Positions 25,758 through 38,200 of a DNA stretch of 64,000 nt are shown one piece after another; the stretch's first letter is position 1, and each line of letters opens with the position of its first letter. The notes beneath the pieces are model-generated. The model did not search any database and was not told the origin of the DNA. It saw only the letters and a program-made list of their open reading frames with translations. This stretch comes from Macrostomum lignano (Eukaryota). The DNA lies in NCBI GenBank assembly GCA_002269645.1, contig NIVC01001508.1, forward strand, positions 1 through 64,000, given 5' to 3'. The translations under genes were made by a program, and so were the position numbers.

Positions 25758-26017
25758 CTGCCAGAAGATTCCAAATCCCGCAAACTCGAAAGCGATGAGC
25801 AATGAGAACAATCAATAAGCTTGTCTTATTAATTTTTTTAGGTGAGGTGTTTTCTTAATTTTCAGTTTTATTTAATTTATAGGCAGTAAAGTTTCACGAG
25901 CATGTTGCATGTTTTTTTTTGAACAAAATATAAAGCTTTTTTATTTATCTACACTAAATTATTCATCTTGAATCCATAGTATAAAATTCTGGAGCATCGA
26001 GAAAGAGCTATTCGGGT

Positions 26018-27745
26018 CTAGTAATCGTCATCATCACTTCGTCGCTTCTTCTTGGTGCCGAAGACCATCTTCTTCCAGGTTTCGGCCGATTTCCGCTCGC
26101 CCTTGGTGATGCCGCTGAAGTCCAGCGTGTTGAGGGTCGGCACGAGGCCCAAGACGAAGTAGAAATAGCCCTGAGGATAAAATTAGGTCGTACTTACAGG
26201 GTAAATGTACTTAGTTAGATACGAGCACGTGGGGTGTGCAGGGCTTGCTTATTGACAGTCACATGTGCCCACTCTGTGCTTTGGGGGCGGGGCCTCATGA
26301 GCATGAAGTGCACAAGCAGAAAAGTCTGCAATTTTTGTGCACAAGCCCAGAATAAATATGGCCACGAGTGTTGTCAAACCAGGGTCACTGTCTACTTGAA
26401 GTAGTACAATGTTGATTTGATGGATTCTAAAATCACACATGAATTTTCATCACAAATGGAGATGGCCCCTTTTCTTTCTTGAATCAAGGACCACTGTAAG
26501 TATGACAGGACGAAAAACTCGAAGATCGTGTAATATTTTGGAGGCCAATTTCCTGGAAAAATACACAGAAGAGATGGGAAAGAATTTTTTTGTTGAGGAT
26601 TGTGTTGTTTTTGTTGTTTTGTTATTTTGTCTACTTTTTTCCAGGAAATTGGCCTCAAAAAATTACACGATCTCTGAGTTTTACAAGTGCGTCCTGTTAC
26701 ACTACAGTGGTTATTGTCTTTAACGCAGAGAACTTTCTGTTCTGGCATTTAACACCGGAAAACGCAACCTTTTTGCTTAATGGTAGATTTCGCAACAATA
26801 CAGCATTAATATTCTCCAACCTTCTGTTTCTCAATGGGATTGGCGTGCAAGCTGAGCTTCTTGAGCTGTCGCAGCTGCCCCAATTTCTCAACTTGCTGCA
26901 AGTCTTCGATTCTGTTTGAGTGCAGATTGAGAATTTGCAGATTGGGAAAGGACAGCAGAACCTGCGGGTTTGTTTGGGGGGGTGGTTGCGTAATATGTTG
27001 GAGTTGCCAATTTTATCAGCTTCGGCATGGGACATGTGCCGCATCAAAGTCTAACAGGTGAGCAACACCCAATGTAACAGGTGAGCAAAACCAAGTCTAA
27101 CACAGGTTAGTAACACCCAGTCTAACAGGTGAGCAACACCCAGTCTAACAGGTGAGCAACACCCAATCTAACAGGTGAGCAACACCCAGTCTAACAGGTG
27201 AGCAACACCCAGTCTAACAGGTGAGTAACACCCAGTCGAACAGGTGAGCAACACCCAGTCTAACAAGGCCAATACACAAGATATGCCTATCAGGTACCAC
27301 TAAGTCTCACTACAGCAGATGTGAACCGGTGTACTCACATCGGGAATTGTGGTCAGACAGTTGTGAGACAGATCAATCCAGGACAGGTTGGACGGTGACG
27401 CGAACAGCTCAGTCACAAATTCTGGCAGGCTTGCCACTGATTCGATGCCATTGCTATTAAGCAGTAGTCCGTTGGACATAAATTTTCCGTTCTTGTCTTT
27501 CTTGTACCCTTTCTTGCTGTTGGGTATCGGACGAGGCTCTTGGTCGAGCATATCTGTGATGAGGCGGTTAAAACTATAGTTTATATCTAGTTTATAGGCC
27601 TATTTCTAAAAAAATTAAAAAAACTTCTCACTGTTATAAAGCATCCAAAAATAAAGTGTTCATACCTTCTAGTTTGCTGATTTCCATAAAGCCATAATTA
27701 ACTGGCGGGCTTGTCTCCCCGTGACAGTCAATTCGTCCCTTTCTT
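26018..27745 (-). CDS. LRRC51: Leucine-rich repeat-containing protein 51 homolog (5' end uncertain)
   Basis: Exons 27745-27666 (SPPVNYGFMEISKLE), 27553-27339 (LLLNSNGI...NLSWIDLSHNCLTTIPD), 26961-26821 (LQILNLHSNRI...LKKLSLHANPIEKQK) and 26170-26018 (GYFYFVLGLVPTLNTLDFSGITKGERKSAETWKK...*). Phases are consistent and the motifs match LRRC51. The first exon may be read-through from ATG 27918 or a small exon near 28730-28780. Confidence 0.88.
27050..27266. repeat. 23-bp minisatellite (AACAGGTGAGCAACACCCAGTCT) in LRRC51 intron, about 9 copies
   Basis: Direct reading. Confidence 0.93.
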
Positions 27746-29398
27746 CTAAAATTTAATACGGCAGTGAAGAAATCCAGTTTTATTGGCTTTGTAATGGAAA
27801 TAAAAAACGAATAAGTAGGCAATTTATGAAAAGACAGTAATTTTGGCTGTTTTAATAAAACTATATTATGTTCCAGAAATTTTTTTGTTTTACCACTGTC
27901 GTATGGATACTTTATCATCTTTATGGTAAAATTTTATTCATCAAATACTAAAATTGATCATGTGCATATACAAGCCGAAGAAATGTATTTAGCTATATGT
28001 AGGTAAATGCTTTTGATTTAAGAAAAATTGAATTCGAAAACAATCTCATATGATATGACTAAAGTTTGATCTTTGATGATAAAGCAGTCATTAACTGATA
28101 CCAGCAGAAAAATATACAAGGATCCATCGCACTATGAAATAACGCGAGAACCTCGCGAAATCGTGTCCAGAAAATGGTTTTAATATACATTGTTAGCACG
28201 GACAGTAATAAGTAATATGGCTCGGCTTTTATGGGAATAAAAACTCGTTGCTAGCAGAGGAAGATAGAAAAACACCAAGCAAATATGTGCTTACTCTGTC
28301 ATAGCAGCTATCCTGTTTTGGTTAATGATCAGTGGTCTGCTAACCAAAATGTTAGAAAAGCGAAAATAGCAACCGTTTTTGTAGATAAAGATTTGGATTC
28401 GCATATTGAAAATCTTAAAAACTGTTGTTCTAAGCAACACCTTTTTCAAACAAATACTTTACAGTTTGTAAGTGAATATGCTACAAAACTAAATTAAATT
28501 TGTAATTTAAGCAACAGAAAACGTTTATTAGTTTGAAATATATAATGAATTTACGTTTAACTTTCATACGTTATCACATGCGGGCAGTGCATGCATTACG
28601 TCGTCAGTCCTTACTCTCCTACTAAAAGTTAATACAGACCAACAGATACTAAAAGACCAACGGAATTCTGGACCGCTTTTGTATTGTTATTAACATGTTT
28701 CATTTTAATTTTCACTTTAATTTAGCCTAACGTCACCTGAGGTCCTGAGGAACGATGGGGAACGTTGTTAGATTAAGGATTTGCTTGAAAGACAAGTTTA
28801 AAAAGCAAAAATGTATATTTATTATAAATATAGTTGTAGGCCTAAATAGAGATGGCCCGAAAATGATTTTTGTTAGGTAGCCTACCACTTGAAACCCAAA
28901 ATTGAAATTTGATATATACCCAAAACCCAAAAGTGACCCAAAATTTTGAAGCCAACAAAGCAATCAAGCATGCAATTGAGATACAGTTTAGCCTTTAGGC
29001 TAGGGCCTATATTTTGTTCATATTTGTTCAAAATATTCAAGAATGTCATTATTCATTTTAAAGTATATTTATTAGAGCTTCAATTCAAGTTCAAATTAGC
29101 TTCAATGAACAAAAGCTAGGCCCTATTATAAATTTTCAGCTGAAAGCCTAATTATTACTAAGATGACAGTGAAGAGATGTTTAGAGACTGCACTGGACTT
29201 GGAGGCAGGCACAACAAGAATGCGCCTAGCAAGCTTTTCAATTTCATTTGTCAAAACTGTACACAAGACTAGGCTTTTGGTTTTGGTATTTGGGGATTGC
29301 CAATTTGGGGTTGGAGTCAAATAATGAAAGGAGAGGGTGATCAGTGGAGCCCAAAAGTTAAGGTGGGGAGCAAACCCATAAAATTCCATTGTGAAGAT

Positions 29399-29446
29399 AG
29401 AGAGAGAGAGAGAGAAAAATAAAGAAAGAGAGAGAGAGAGAGAGAG
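29399..29446. repeat. Interrupted (GA)n microsatellite
   Basis: Direct reading. Confidence 0.85.
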
Positions 29447-30051
29447 GGGGGTTTAAGTGGCGAACATTGCGGGACTGAGAGACAGAAGAGGAAGGGTGGC
29501 TAAGTGACAAACATACAAATACAAAGAAGGGCAAAGAGTTAAATAAGGGCTGATTTAGATTTGCCGTTTGTTTTCTATATTAAGTTTATAAACTTAGGCC
29601 CTATTATCAATTTATATAGATCAATTCACTAATTTTGACTATGGTATATCTGGTATCTTGTCTATGCTCTAGCAGTGCCTACACTGCCTAGTATAGACTT
29701 TAGTGTTAAGGTAAGGTGATGATTTCACTGTTTAGCTAATACACAGGGAAAGGCACCAATAATAAAACCAATTGAATCTTGGCATAGCCCTAGCTATCTG
29801 CTTACAATGTTATAACTGCTATGTACACTCAGCCTAAGCCCAAACCTTCTTTACAACTTATAAAGAACTAGGCCTAAAAAAATAAAATTATATATATTAG
29901 ACTTGTTATGCCATTTGCATTAAGGCTGCATTTTTTATTATATTATAAGCTTAATATATAAGTAAAAAGTAATTAAAAATGTATAGCAATGTTTTTTATT
30001 ATACTTATAGGCCTAATCTGAATTTTAGTCAACTTAATTTATCTTTATATT

Positions 30052-30870
30052 ATACATGCGCAACTGCTAGCCGATCTGGCTGATCTGGCTACTGTAAGTT
30101 GTGGTGTACTAGCATACATGTGCAACCTCCAAAATTCAGTTGGCCGTGCGACTTAGTTTTAACAAAAATAAACTAAAGGCTAAAATAAAAGGCTAAGGCT
30201 AAAAATGCAACTTACATGTAAAAAAAATCCTAAAGCAAAATTAACGCAACATTGGGTAAACGGCAGGAGTAACTATGACTGTCTTATTAAGCCAAAATGC
30301 CTCATCAGCTATTTAGTACTACTACATGGGTGTTTTTTGGGTGGGCATTTTTGTGACTTCCTTGAGTGGCTGCCAAATCGGTTGGCTGGATCGGCTGACA
30401 CGGCCAACTGTTGCGCATGTATGTGTACTAGTGGTAAGTTGCAAAAATGCCATCCCAAAGAATACGGACATAGTACTAATTAGATGCCAAGGCATTTAGG
30501 CCTGATAAGACAATTACATTTGTTCCTGCTGTTTATCCAAAACTGTGTTAATTTTGCTTTAGGATTTTTTTCACAGGTAAGTCACATTTTTGGTCAAAAA
30601 GTAAGTCACATGGCCAGTGTAAATCCGGGGAGGGGTTGCGCATATATGTTTATACTAGGCCTATGGCTATGCTATTTAGTATATTTAGTAGATAGTCTAT
30701 CTTAGACTATCTAAGCATATAATATATGCAACATAATTGCATAAATGTCTATCCAAAATAAGACTTAGTACTAATAAGGCCCTGTTAATTTTTGCTAGTT
30801 TTTTATAAATATGTCACATTTTTGGTCAAAAAGTAAGCCACATAGACAATATAAAATAAGTTGCATAGAT
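30052..30870. mobile_element. Cluster of nested and oppositely oriented copies of one MITE-like family
   Basis: ATACATGCGCAAC (30052) / GTTGCGCATGTAT (30410) are inverted termini. A 20-bp perfect inverted match links 30226-30245 and 30547-30566 within about 100 bp of homology. A further fragment lies at 30780-30860. Confidence 0.65.
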
Positions 30871-31275
30871 AGGCCTAGGCCTAGTAGTTTCAATATAGAT
30901 ATAGAATTCTTAAAACAATAGTTCAAAAAGTCTTAATTGCATCAATATTTTAATATTTAATATTAGCATTTCTAATTCTAATACTGTCTTACTAAGCTTA
31001 GCCTATTAGCCATAGCTTAAATATGACTATAAATTTGTAATATATAACAAATATTACTTTTCAAAGTAAGACCAAAGAATAGTTTGGGACTATTGAGCAG
31101 ACCTTTGTTGCATTATACCATTTTATTATTTATTTTCTACCATTGTAATAATTTATTTCTTTGTATATTTTATGATAGACTTTTATAGGTCTAGATTTTA
31201 TTTATTCATAGGTTTTATACAAATAAATTGATAAATAAATGATAGACTTCTATTTCAACCAAAATGCCTAGGGAT

Positions 31276-31397
31276 TCACCTAGCCATTTCTATTGGCAAC
31301 ATATGTAAGTTGCTATTGGAAAGAATAGTAGTCATGTGACTTCTCTTAGCCAATAGCAACTTACATGTGTATGTTGCCAATCAAAATAGCTAGGTGA
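31276..31397. repeat. About 120-bp palindromic element about 0.9 kb upstream of the HMGCS ATG
   Basis: Paired blocks TCACCTAGC/GCTAGGTGA, ATTGGCAACATA/TATGTTGCCAAT and TGTAAGTTGCTATTGG/CCAATAGCAACTTACA surround the centre GTCATGTGAC. Confidence 0.9.
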
Positions 31398-32286
31398 TTT
31401 ATAAGGTTGCTAATGTAAGTTTGTATTGCTAGCTAGATTTATTATTATCCTATGGTTTAACCTATAATCTAAATAATGGCTTATTTATACTCTAATCTAT
31501 CACATTTTTAGTAGCTTATTTATTTGTTGTACTATAAATATCTCAACTTAAGCCCCCCATTATCCTAACTGCACACTTTACCTATGATATTAAAAATCTT
31601 TTTTGTGTCATTGACTCTAGGGACTTAAAATCTCCATTGTATTGAATGTGAAAATATTAGGATCTTAACTAATTAACTTTGTTTTAATCAGTTGGTACAA
31701 AAAAGTGATTAAAATTGTAATGAGTCATAATATGAAATAATATCCAATAGCATATCTATGATTATCATTTATAGTCAATGTTGATATACTAATATAATCA
31801 GGCACAATAGAACTTTTTTCTAGGCAAACTTTTTTCATCAAACTCACTTGTCTTTTTTCTAGGCTGGATAGTCTCTAAACAAAACACAGTAATTCATTCA
31901 CTAGAGACAATACTTTAGTGCTGCAGACTAGGTTTCTTATCACCATGTATATACTATCATATTTTGTTCTTAATTATTTTGTTAGCAATTTGAAAGTTGC
32001 GATTTAAAATTTTAGTGGTTATCTATCTGTAGCTATTATGACCCCTGCCTTTGCCTTTGTTAATACCAGTATCTACAGAACTTTTTAACAAAGATTCTGT
32101 TAATATAATTATTATCTATTAGTTATTATCTATTATTGCATTTACTTCATTGCTACTTGAAGTAGTGAACTTAGGAGAGAAATTTCTAGGGAAAAAATTT
32201 AATTTATGTATATATTTTTTGATTCTCATCTACTTCAGTAATTCTGTAAAATAATTGATGAGTTATTTGAGAAAAAATCAATAATC

Positions 32287-35200
32287 ATGCAGCAACCAAG
32301 CAATATTGGCATCTTGGCTCTTGAGATTTACTTTCCTAATCAGTACTGCGATCAGGCCGAGCTTGAGCAGTTTGATGGAGTGTCCGCTGGCAAGTACACC
32401 ATCGGGCTGGGCCAGGCCCAGCTTGGCTTCTGCTATCCCGATGAAGATGTCAACTCCATGGCTCTGACCGTTACTCAGAACCTGCTGCAGCGAAATAAGA
32501 TCTCTACTCATCAAATTGGCTTCCTGGAGGTCGGTACAGAGACTCTGATTGATAAGTCTAAAAGTACAAAGACCTACCTGATGCAGCTGTTTGGAGACAA
32601 TTCGCGTATAGAAGGCGTTGACGTTAAAAATGCTTGCTTCGGCGGGACTCAGGTATGTGGCAGTACTGATTCTATCAGGTATGTGGCAATACAATATACA
32701 AGTTATAAAAATGATTAATAAATAATCAAAGAGTCACTTGTACCGTGAAATCTTGTCGTTTACAGTCACAGTCACTCTGAAACCAACGCAATTGACTCTG
32801 TAACTCTTCTTGGCCTAGGTACCGTTTCCAATTTAGCCTCAAATTAATTTGACTGCACTTGGAATCGAGCATGGACCGCTGGAGGATCAGAGCGCCGCAC
32901 TTGACTGCTTAGGCTACGTTTCCCTGTTCACTTTATCATGCAGCGCAACCCCCTGATTTACACAGACCATGCCACTTACTTTTTGACCAAAAATACGACT
33001 TACCTATAAAAGAAACCTAAAGCAAAAATTAACGCAATTTCGGGTAAACAGCAGGAGTAACTATGACTGTGTTTTTAAGGCTAAATGCCTCGTCATCTAA
33101 TAAGTAGTACACCTATATCCTTTTGGTGGCCAATTTTGCGACTTACCCTTGGTCCACCACAATTTACGGTGGCCAGGTCGACTACCTCTATGCGACTGCC
33201 CACACCTGATAACTAATAACCAGCCCAGCCTATCTGTCCCGCTAAGGCCCTGTTCCACGCTGTCAACTGGCTGGAGTCCAGCTACTGCGACGGCCGGCTG
33301 GCCCTGGTGGTCTGCTCGGACATCGCCGTGTACGCGCGCGGACCAGCGCGCTGTACGGGCGGCGCCGGCGCCGTTGCCGTCCTGCTTGGGCCGGACGCGC
33401 CTCTGGTATTCGACAGTCGAGTTCGGGCGCTGCACATGGCTCACGAGTTCGACTTCTATAAGCCGGATCCGAGTAGCGAGTACGCCACGGTTGACGGCCA
33501 AGCGAGCGTTCGCTGCTACCTGTCCGCGTTGGACTCCTGCTATATGCTGTTTAGAGAGCAGCTGGCCAAGGCGGGTTAGTGCGTGTTTGGCTCTTATGGC
33601 TTTTTTATGGCTTTTTTATATCGATATATCGATCAATGTTCCGTCTTGATTCAAAACAAGCCTTCTAAGTATATAAAAACCGCCTTTAAATAGCATGAGA
33701 ATAAGTCGTTAAAATGTCAAAATCAGCCTTCAACTTACTCTGAAAAAATGCTTTCAAAAATTTGACAATCGGCCTTTAAATACCTAGAAAATCGGCCTTC
33801 AAATAATCTGGGTATCGGCCTTCAAATAATCTGGGTATCGGCCTTCAAATAATCTGGGTATCGGCCTTCAAATAATCTGGGTATCGGCCTTAAAATAATC
33901 TGGGTATCGGCCTTCAAATAGTCTCGGTATAGGCCTTCAAATAATCTGGGTATCGGCCTTCAAATAATCTGGGGGATCGGCCTTCAAAAAATCTGGGCAT
34001 CGGCCTTCAAATAATCTGAGTATCGGCCCTTCTATAATCTGGGCATCGGCCTTCAAATAATCTGGGTATCGGCCTTCAGATAAATTGAAGATCAGCCTTC
34101 CAAATTAAGTGAAACTCAGCCTTCAAATATCTTGTTATCTTGTGTTTGTGTTGTGTTAATTTTGTGTTAATAAACTAGCTTATAACCGGGAAATGGGTCA
34201 AATGACCTGAGAATTAGCGTTGTGAGCATATTCTAGAGTATTCTTAAATCGATACTTTTAAAACTGCGCTCTTATCTGCGTTTTTGCAGACGGCACCGAC
34301 ATTCTGTCAGCGAAGCAGCCCCGCTACTACTGCTTTCACACGCCGTTTAGCCGCCTGGTTCAAAAATCCTTCGCCCGGCTTGCCTATCTGGACTGCGCGC
34401 TGCGGCAGAAACATGGCGGCCCTGGCAACGGCATTGATAAATGCTTCGCCGGTTTTGAGTGAGGAGAAGTATTTAATTAACCTTTATTTTACTTTGTTCA
34501 GCTGTTAAAACTGTTGGTAATTTCCCTCTAGCATGTGAGAAATTCCCTTCCTAAACATACAATGTAAGAAATTCCCCTTCTAAGTAGAGTGAGAAATTCT
34601 TTAAAATTTCTAGAAAAGAATTTCCAGAATTCCTTAGAATTCTAAGTAAAGTGAGAAATGTCCCTCCTAAGCAAAAAGTTCCCCTCTGTAAGCAAAGTGA
34701 AAAATTCCCCTCCTAAGCAAAAAGTTCCCCTCTGTAAGCAAAGTAACAATTCCCCTCCTAAGCAAAAAGTTCCCCTCTGTAAGCAAAGTGAAAAATTCCC
34801 CTCCTAAGCAAAAAGTTCCCCTCTGTAAGCAAAGTGAAAAATTCCCCTCCTAAGCAAAAAGTTCCCCTCTGTAAGCAAAGTGAAAAATTCCCTCCTAAGC
34901 AAAAAGTTCCCCTCTGTAAGCAAAGTGAAAAATTCCCTCCGTAAGCAAAATGAGAGATTCCCTCCTAAGCAAAGTGAGAGATTCCCTCCTAAGCAAAGTG
35001 AGAGATTCCCTCCTAAGCAAAGTGAGAGATTCCCTCCTAAGCAAAGTGAGAGATTCCCTCCTAAGCATAGTGAGAAATTCCCCTCGGTAAGCAAAGTGAG
35101 AAATTCTCCTCCTAAGCAAAGTGAACAATTCCCTCCTAAGCAAAGTGAGAGATTCCCTCCTAAGCAAAGTGAGAGATTCCCTCCTAAGCAACGTGAGATT

Positions 35201-38200
35201 CCCTCCTAAGCAAAGTGAGAGATTCCCTCCTAAGCAAAGTGAGAGATTCCCTCCTAAGCAAAGTGAGAGATTCCCTCCTAAGCAAAGTGAGAGATTCCCT
35301 CCTAAGCAAAGTGAGAAATTCCCCTCGGTAAGCAAAGTGAGAAATTCTCCTCCTAAGCAAAGTAAGAGGTTCCCTCCTAAGCAAAATGAGAAATTCCCCT
35401 CCGGCCTCCGTAAGCAAAGTGAGAGATTCCCTCTGTAAGCATAGTGAGAAATTCCCCTCGGTAAGCAAAGTGAGAAATTCTCCTCCTAAGCAAAGTGAAC
35501 AATTCCCTCCTAAGCAAAGTGAGAGATTCCCTCCTAAGCAAAGTGAGAGATTCCCTCCTAAGCAACGTGAGATTCCCTCCTAAGCAAAGTGAGAGATTCC
35601 CTCCTAAGCAAAGTGAGAGATTCCCTCCTAAGCAAAGTGAGAGATTCCCTCCTAAGCAAAGTGAGAGATTCCCTCCTAAGCAAAGTGAGAGATTTCAGTA
35701 ACAGGACACCGCTAGCGGGTTCATAATTGCTCTACTTCATCATCCACACACTTGCAGAAGCCTCACCCTGGAGCAATCCCGGTCCAGCAAAGAGTTCGAG
35801 TCTGTCTGTTTAAAAGCTTCGCAAGGCCAGTTTGACGAGCAGGCCAGCCCCTGTCTGCTGCTGGCACGCCGCACTGGCAATATGTACACCCCGTCTGTGT
35901 ACGCCAGCCTCGTGTCCTGCCTCATCGGGTGAGCAGCCCTTCGCATTGTTAGTTTATGCATTCGCTGTGCTGACTGGCTCGCGAACCCGCTTGTAGTGTT
36001 TAAATTAGTTATGAACTTGCTCATTAATTCTTGAACCCAGTCATGGACTCGCTCATGAACTCACTCATGAAGTCAGGAACTTATTAACACATAAACTCAC
36101 TCATGAACCCGCTGATAAACTTAGGAAATTGATCACTCATAAACCCATGAAATCGGTCATAAACTCACAAACTTGATCACTCATAAACCCATAAAATCAG
36201 TCATGAACTCATGAGCTTGATCACTCATAAACCCATGAAATCAGTCATAAAGTCAGGAACTTGATCACTCATAAACCCATGAAATCAGTCATAAAGTCAG
36301 GAACTTGATCACTCATAAACCAATGAAATCAGTCATAAAGTCAGGAACTTGATCACTCATAAACTCATGAAATCAGTCATAAACTCAGGAACTTGATCAC
36401 TCATAAACCCATGAAATCAGTCATAAACTCAGGAACTTGATCACTCATAAACCCATGAAATCAGTCATAAACTCAGGAACTTGATCACTCATAAACCCAT
36501 GAAATCAGTCATAAACTCAGGAACTTGATCACTCATAAACCAATGAAATCAGTCATAAACTCAGGAACTTGATCACTCATAAACCAATGAAATCAGTCAT
36601 AAACTCACAAACTTGATCACTTATAAACCAGCTCAGAAGCAGCTCACTCACTTGTTTTCTTACTTCAACTCCCGTAGTGCCTCCCCAAGCGAGCTGGTGG
36701 GCCAAAGAATCGCGTTGTTCTCCTACGGCTCCGGCCTAGCGGCGGCCATGTTCTCAGTGACCTGCACAGATGATCCGCACCGCTTGGCCCAGCTGATTGG
36801 CTCGTTGAGTCACGTGACTGGCTGGCTGGACGACAGGAAGAAAGTTACCCCGGAAGAGTTTCACCGGGTGTTGCAGGAGCGCGAGGAAGCCTACGCCAAA
36901 AGTGAGTTATAGCTAGTTAGCTAGTCTGTTCGCAGGGGCGCCTTCGAATCACTTGATTATTGACTTTCAAATCACTTAATAATCGGCTTTCAAATCACTT
37001 GAAAATCGGCCTTTGAATAATTTGATAATCGGCCTTCAAATCACTTGATAATCGGCCTTCAAATCACTTGAAAATCGGCCTTTGAATCACTTGATAATCG
37101 GCCTTCAAATCACTTGAAAATCGGCCTTTGAATCACTTAATAATCGGCTTTCAAATCACTTGAAAATCGGCCTTTGAATCATTTGATAATCGGCCTTCAA
37201 ATCACTTGAAAATCGGCCTTTGAATCATTTGATAATCGGCCTTCAAATCACTTGATAATCGGCCTTCAAATCACTTGAAAATCGGCCTTTGAATCACTTG
37301 ATAATCGGCCTTCAAATCGCTTGAAAATCGGCCTTTGAATCACTTGATAATCGACCTTCAAATCACTTGAAAATCGGCCTTTGAATCACTTGATAATCGA
37401 CCTTCAAATCACTTGAAAATCGGCCTTTGAATCACTTGAAAATCGGCCTTTGAATCACTTGATAATCGGCTTTAAAATCACTTGATAATTGGCCTTCAAA
37501 TCACTTGATAATCGGCTTTAAAATCACTTGATAATTGGCCTTCAAATCACTTGATAATTGGCCTTCAAATCACTTGATAATCGGCCTTCAAATCACTTGA
37601 TAATCGGCCTTCAAATCACTTGAAAATCGGCCTTTGAATCACTTGATAATCGACCTTCAAATCACTTGAAAATCGGCCTTTGAATCACTTGATAATCGAC
37701 CTTCAAATCACTTGAAAATCGGCCTTTGAATCACTTGATAATCGACCTTCAAATCACTTGAAAATCGGCCTTTGAATCACTTGAAAATCGGCCTTTGAAT
37801 CACTTGATAATCGGCTTTAAAATCACTTGATAATTGGCCTTCAAATCACTTGATAATCGGCTTTAAAATCACTTGATAATTGGCCTTCAAATCACTTGAT
37901 AATTGGCCTTCAAATCACTTGATAATCGGCCTTCAAATCACTTGATAATCGGCCTTCAAATCACTTGATAATTGGCCTTCAAATCACTTGATAATTGGCC
38001 TTCAAATCACTTGATAATCGGCTTTCAAATCACTTAATAATCGGCCTTCAAATCAGTTTAGAATCGGCCTTCAAATCAGTTTAAGAATCGGCCTTCAAAT
38101 CAGTTTAGAATCGGCCTTCAAATCAGTTTATTGAATCGGCCTTCAAATCAGTTCAGAGTCGGCACCTAAAGCATAAAAATCTGTCCTTAATAAGTTAAGA

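Noticed and set aside
24690-25811. Collagen/elastin-like GALGA, LVLAP and GRQHQ ORFs
   Set aside because: Translations of the 15-bp satellite on both strands; recurrent +2-nt units break any continuous frame.
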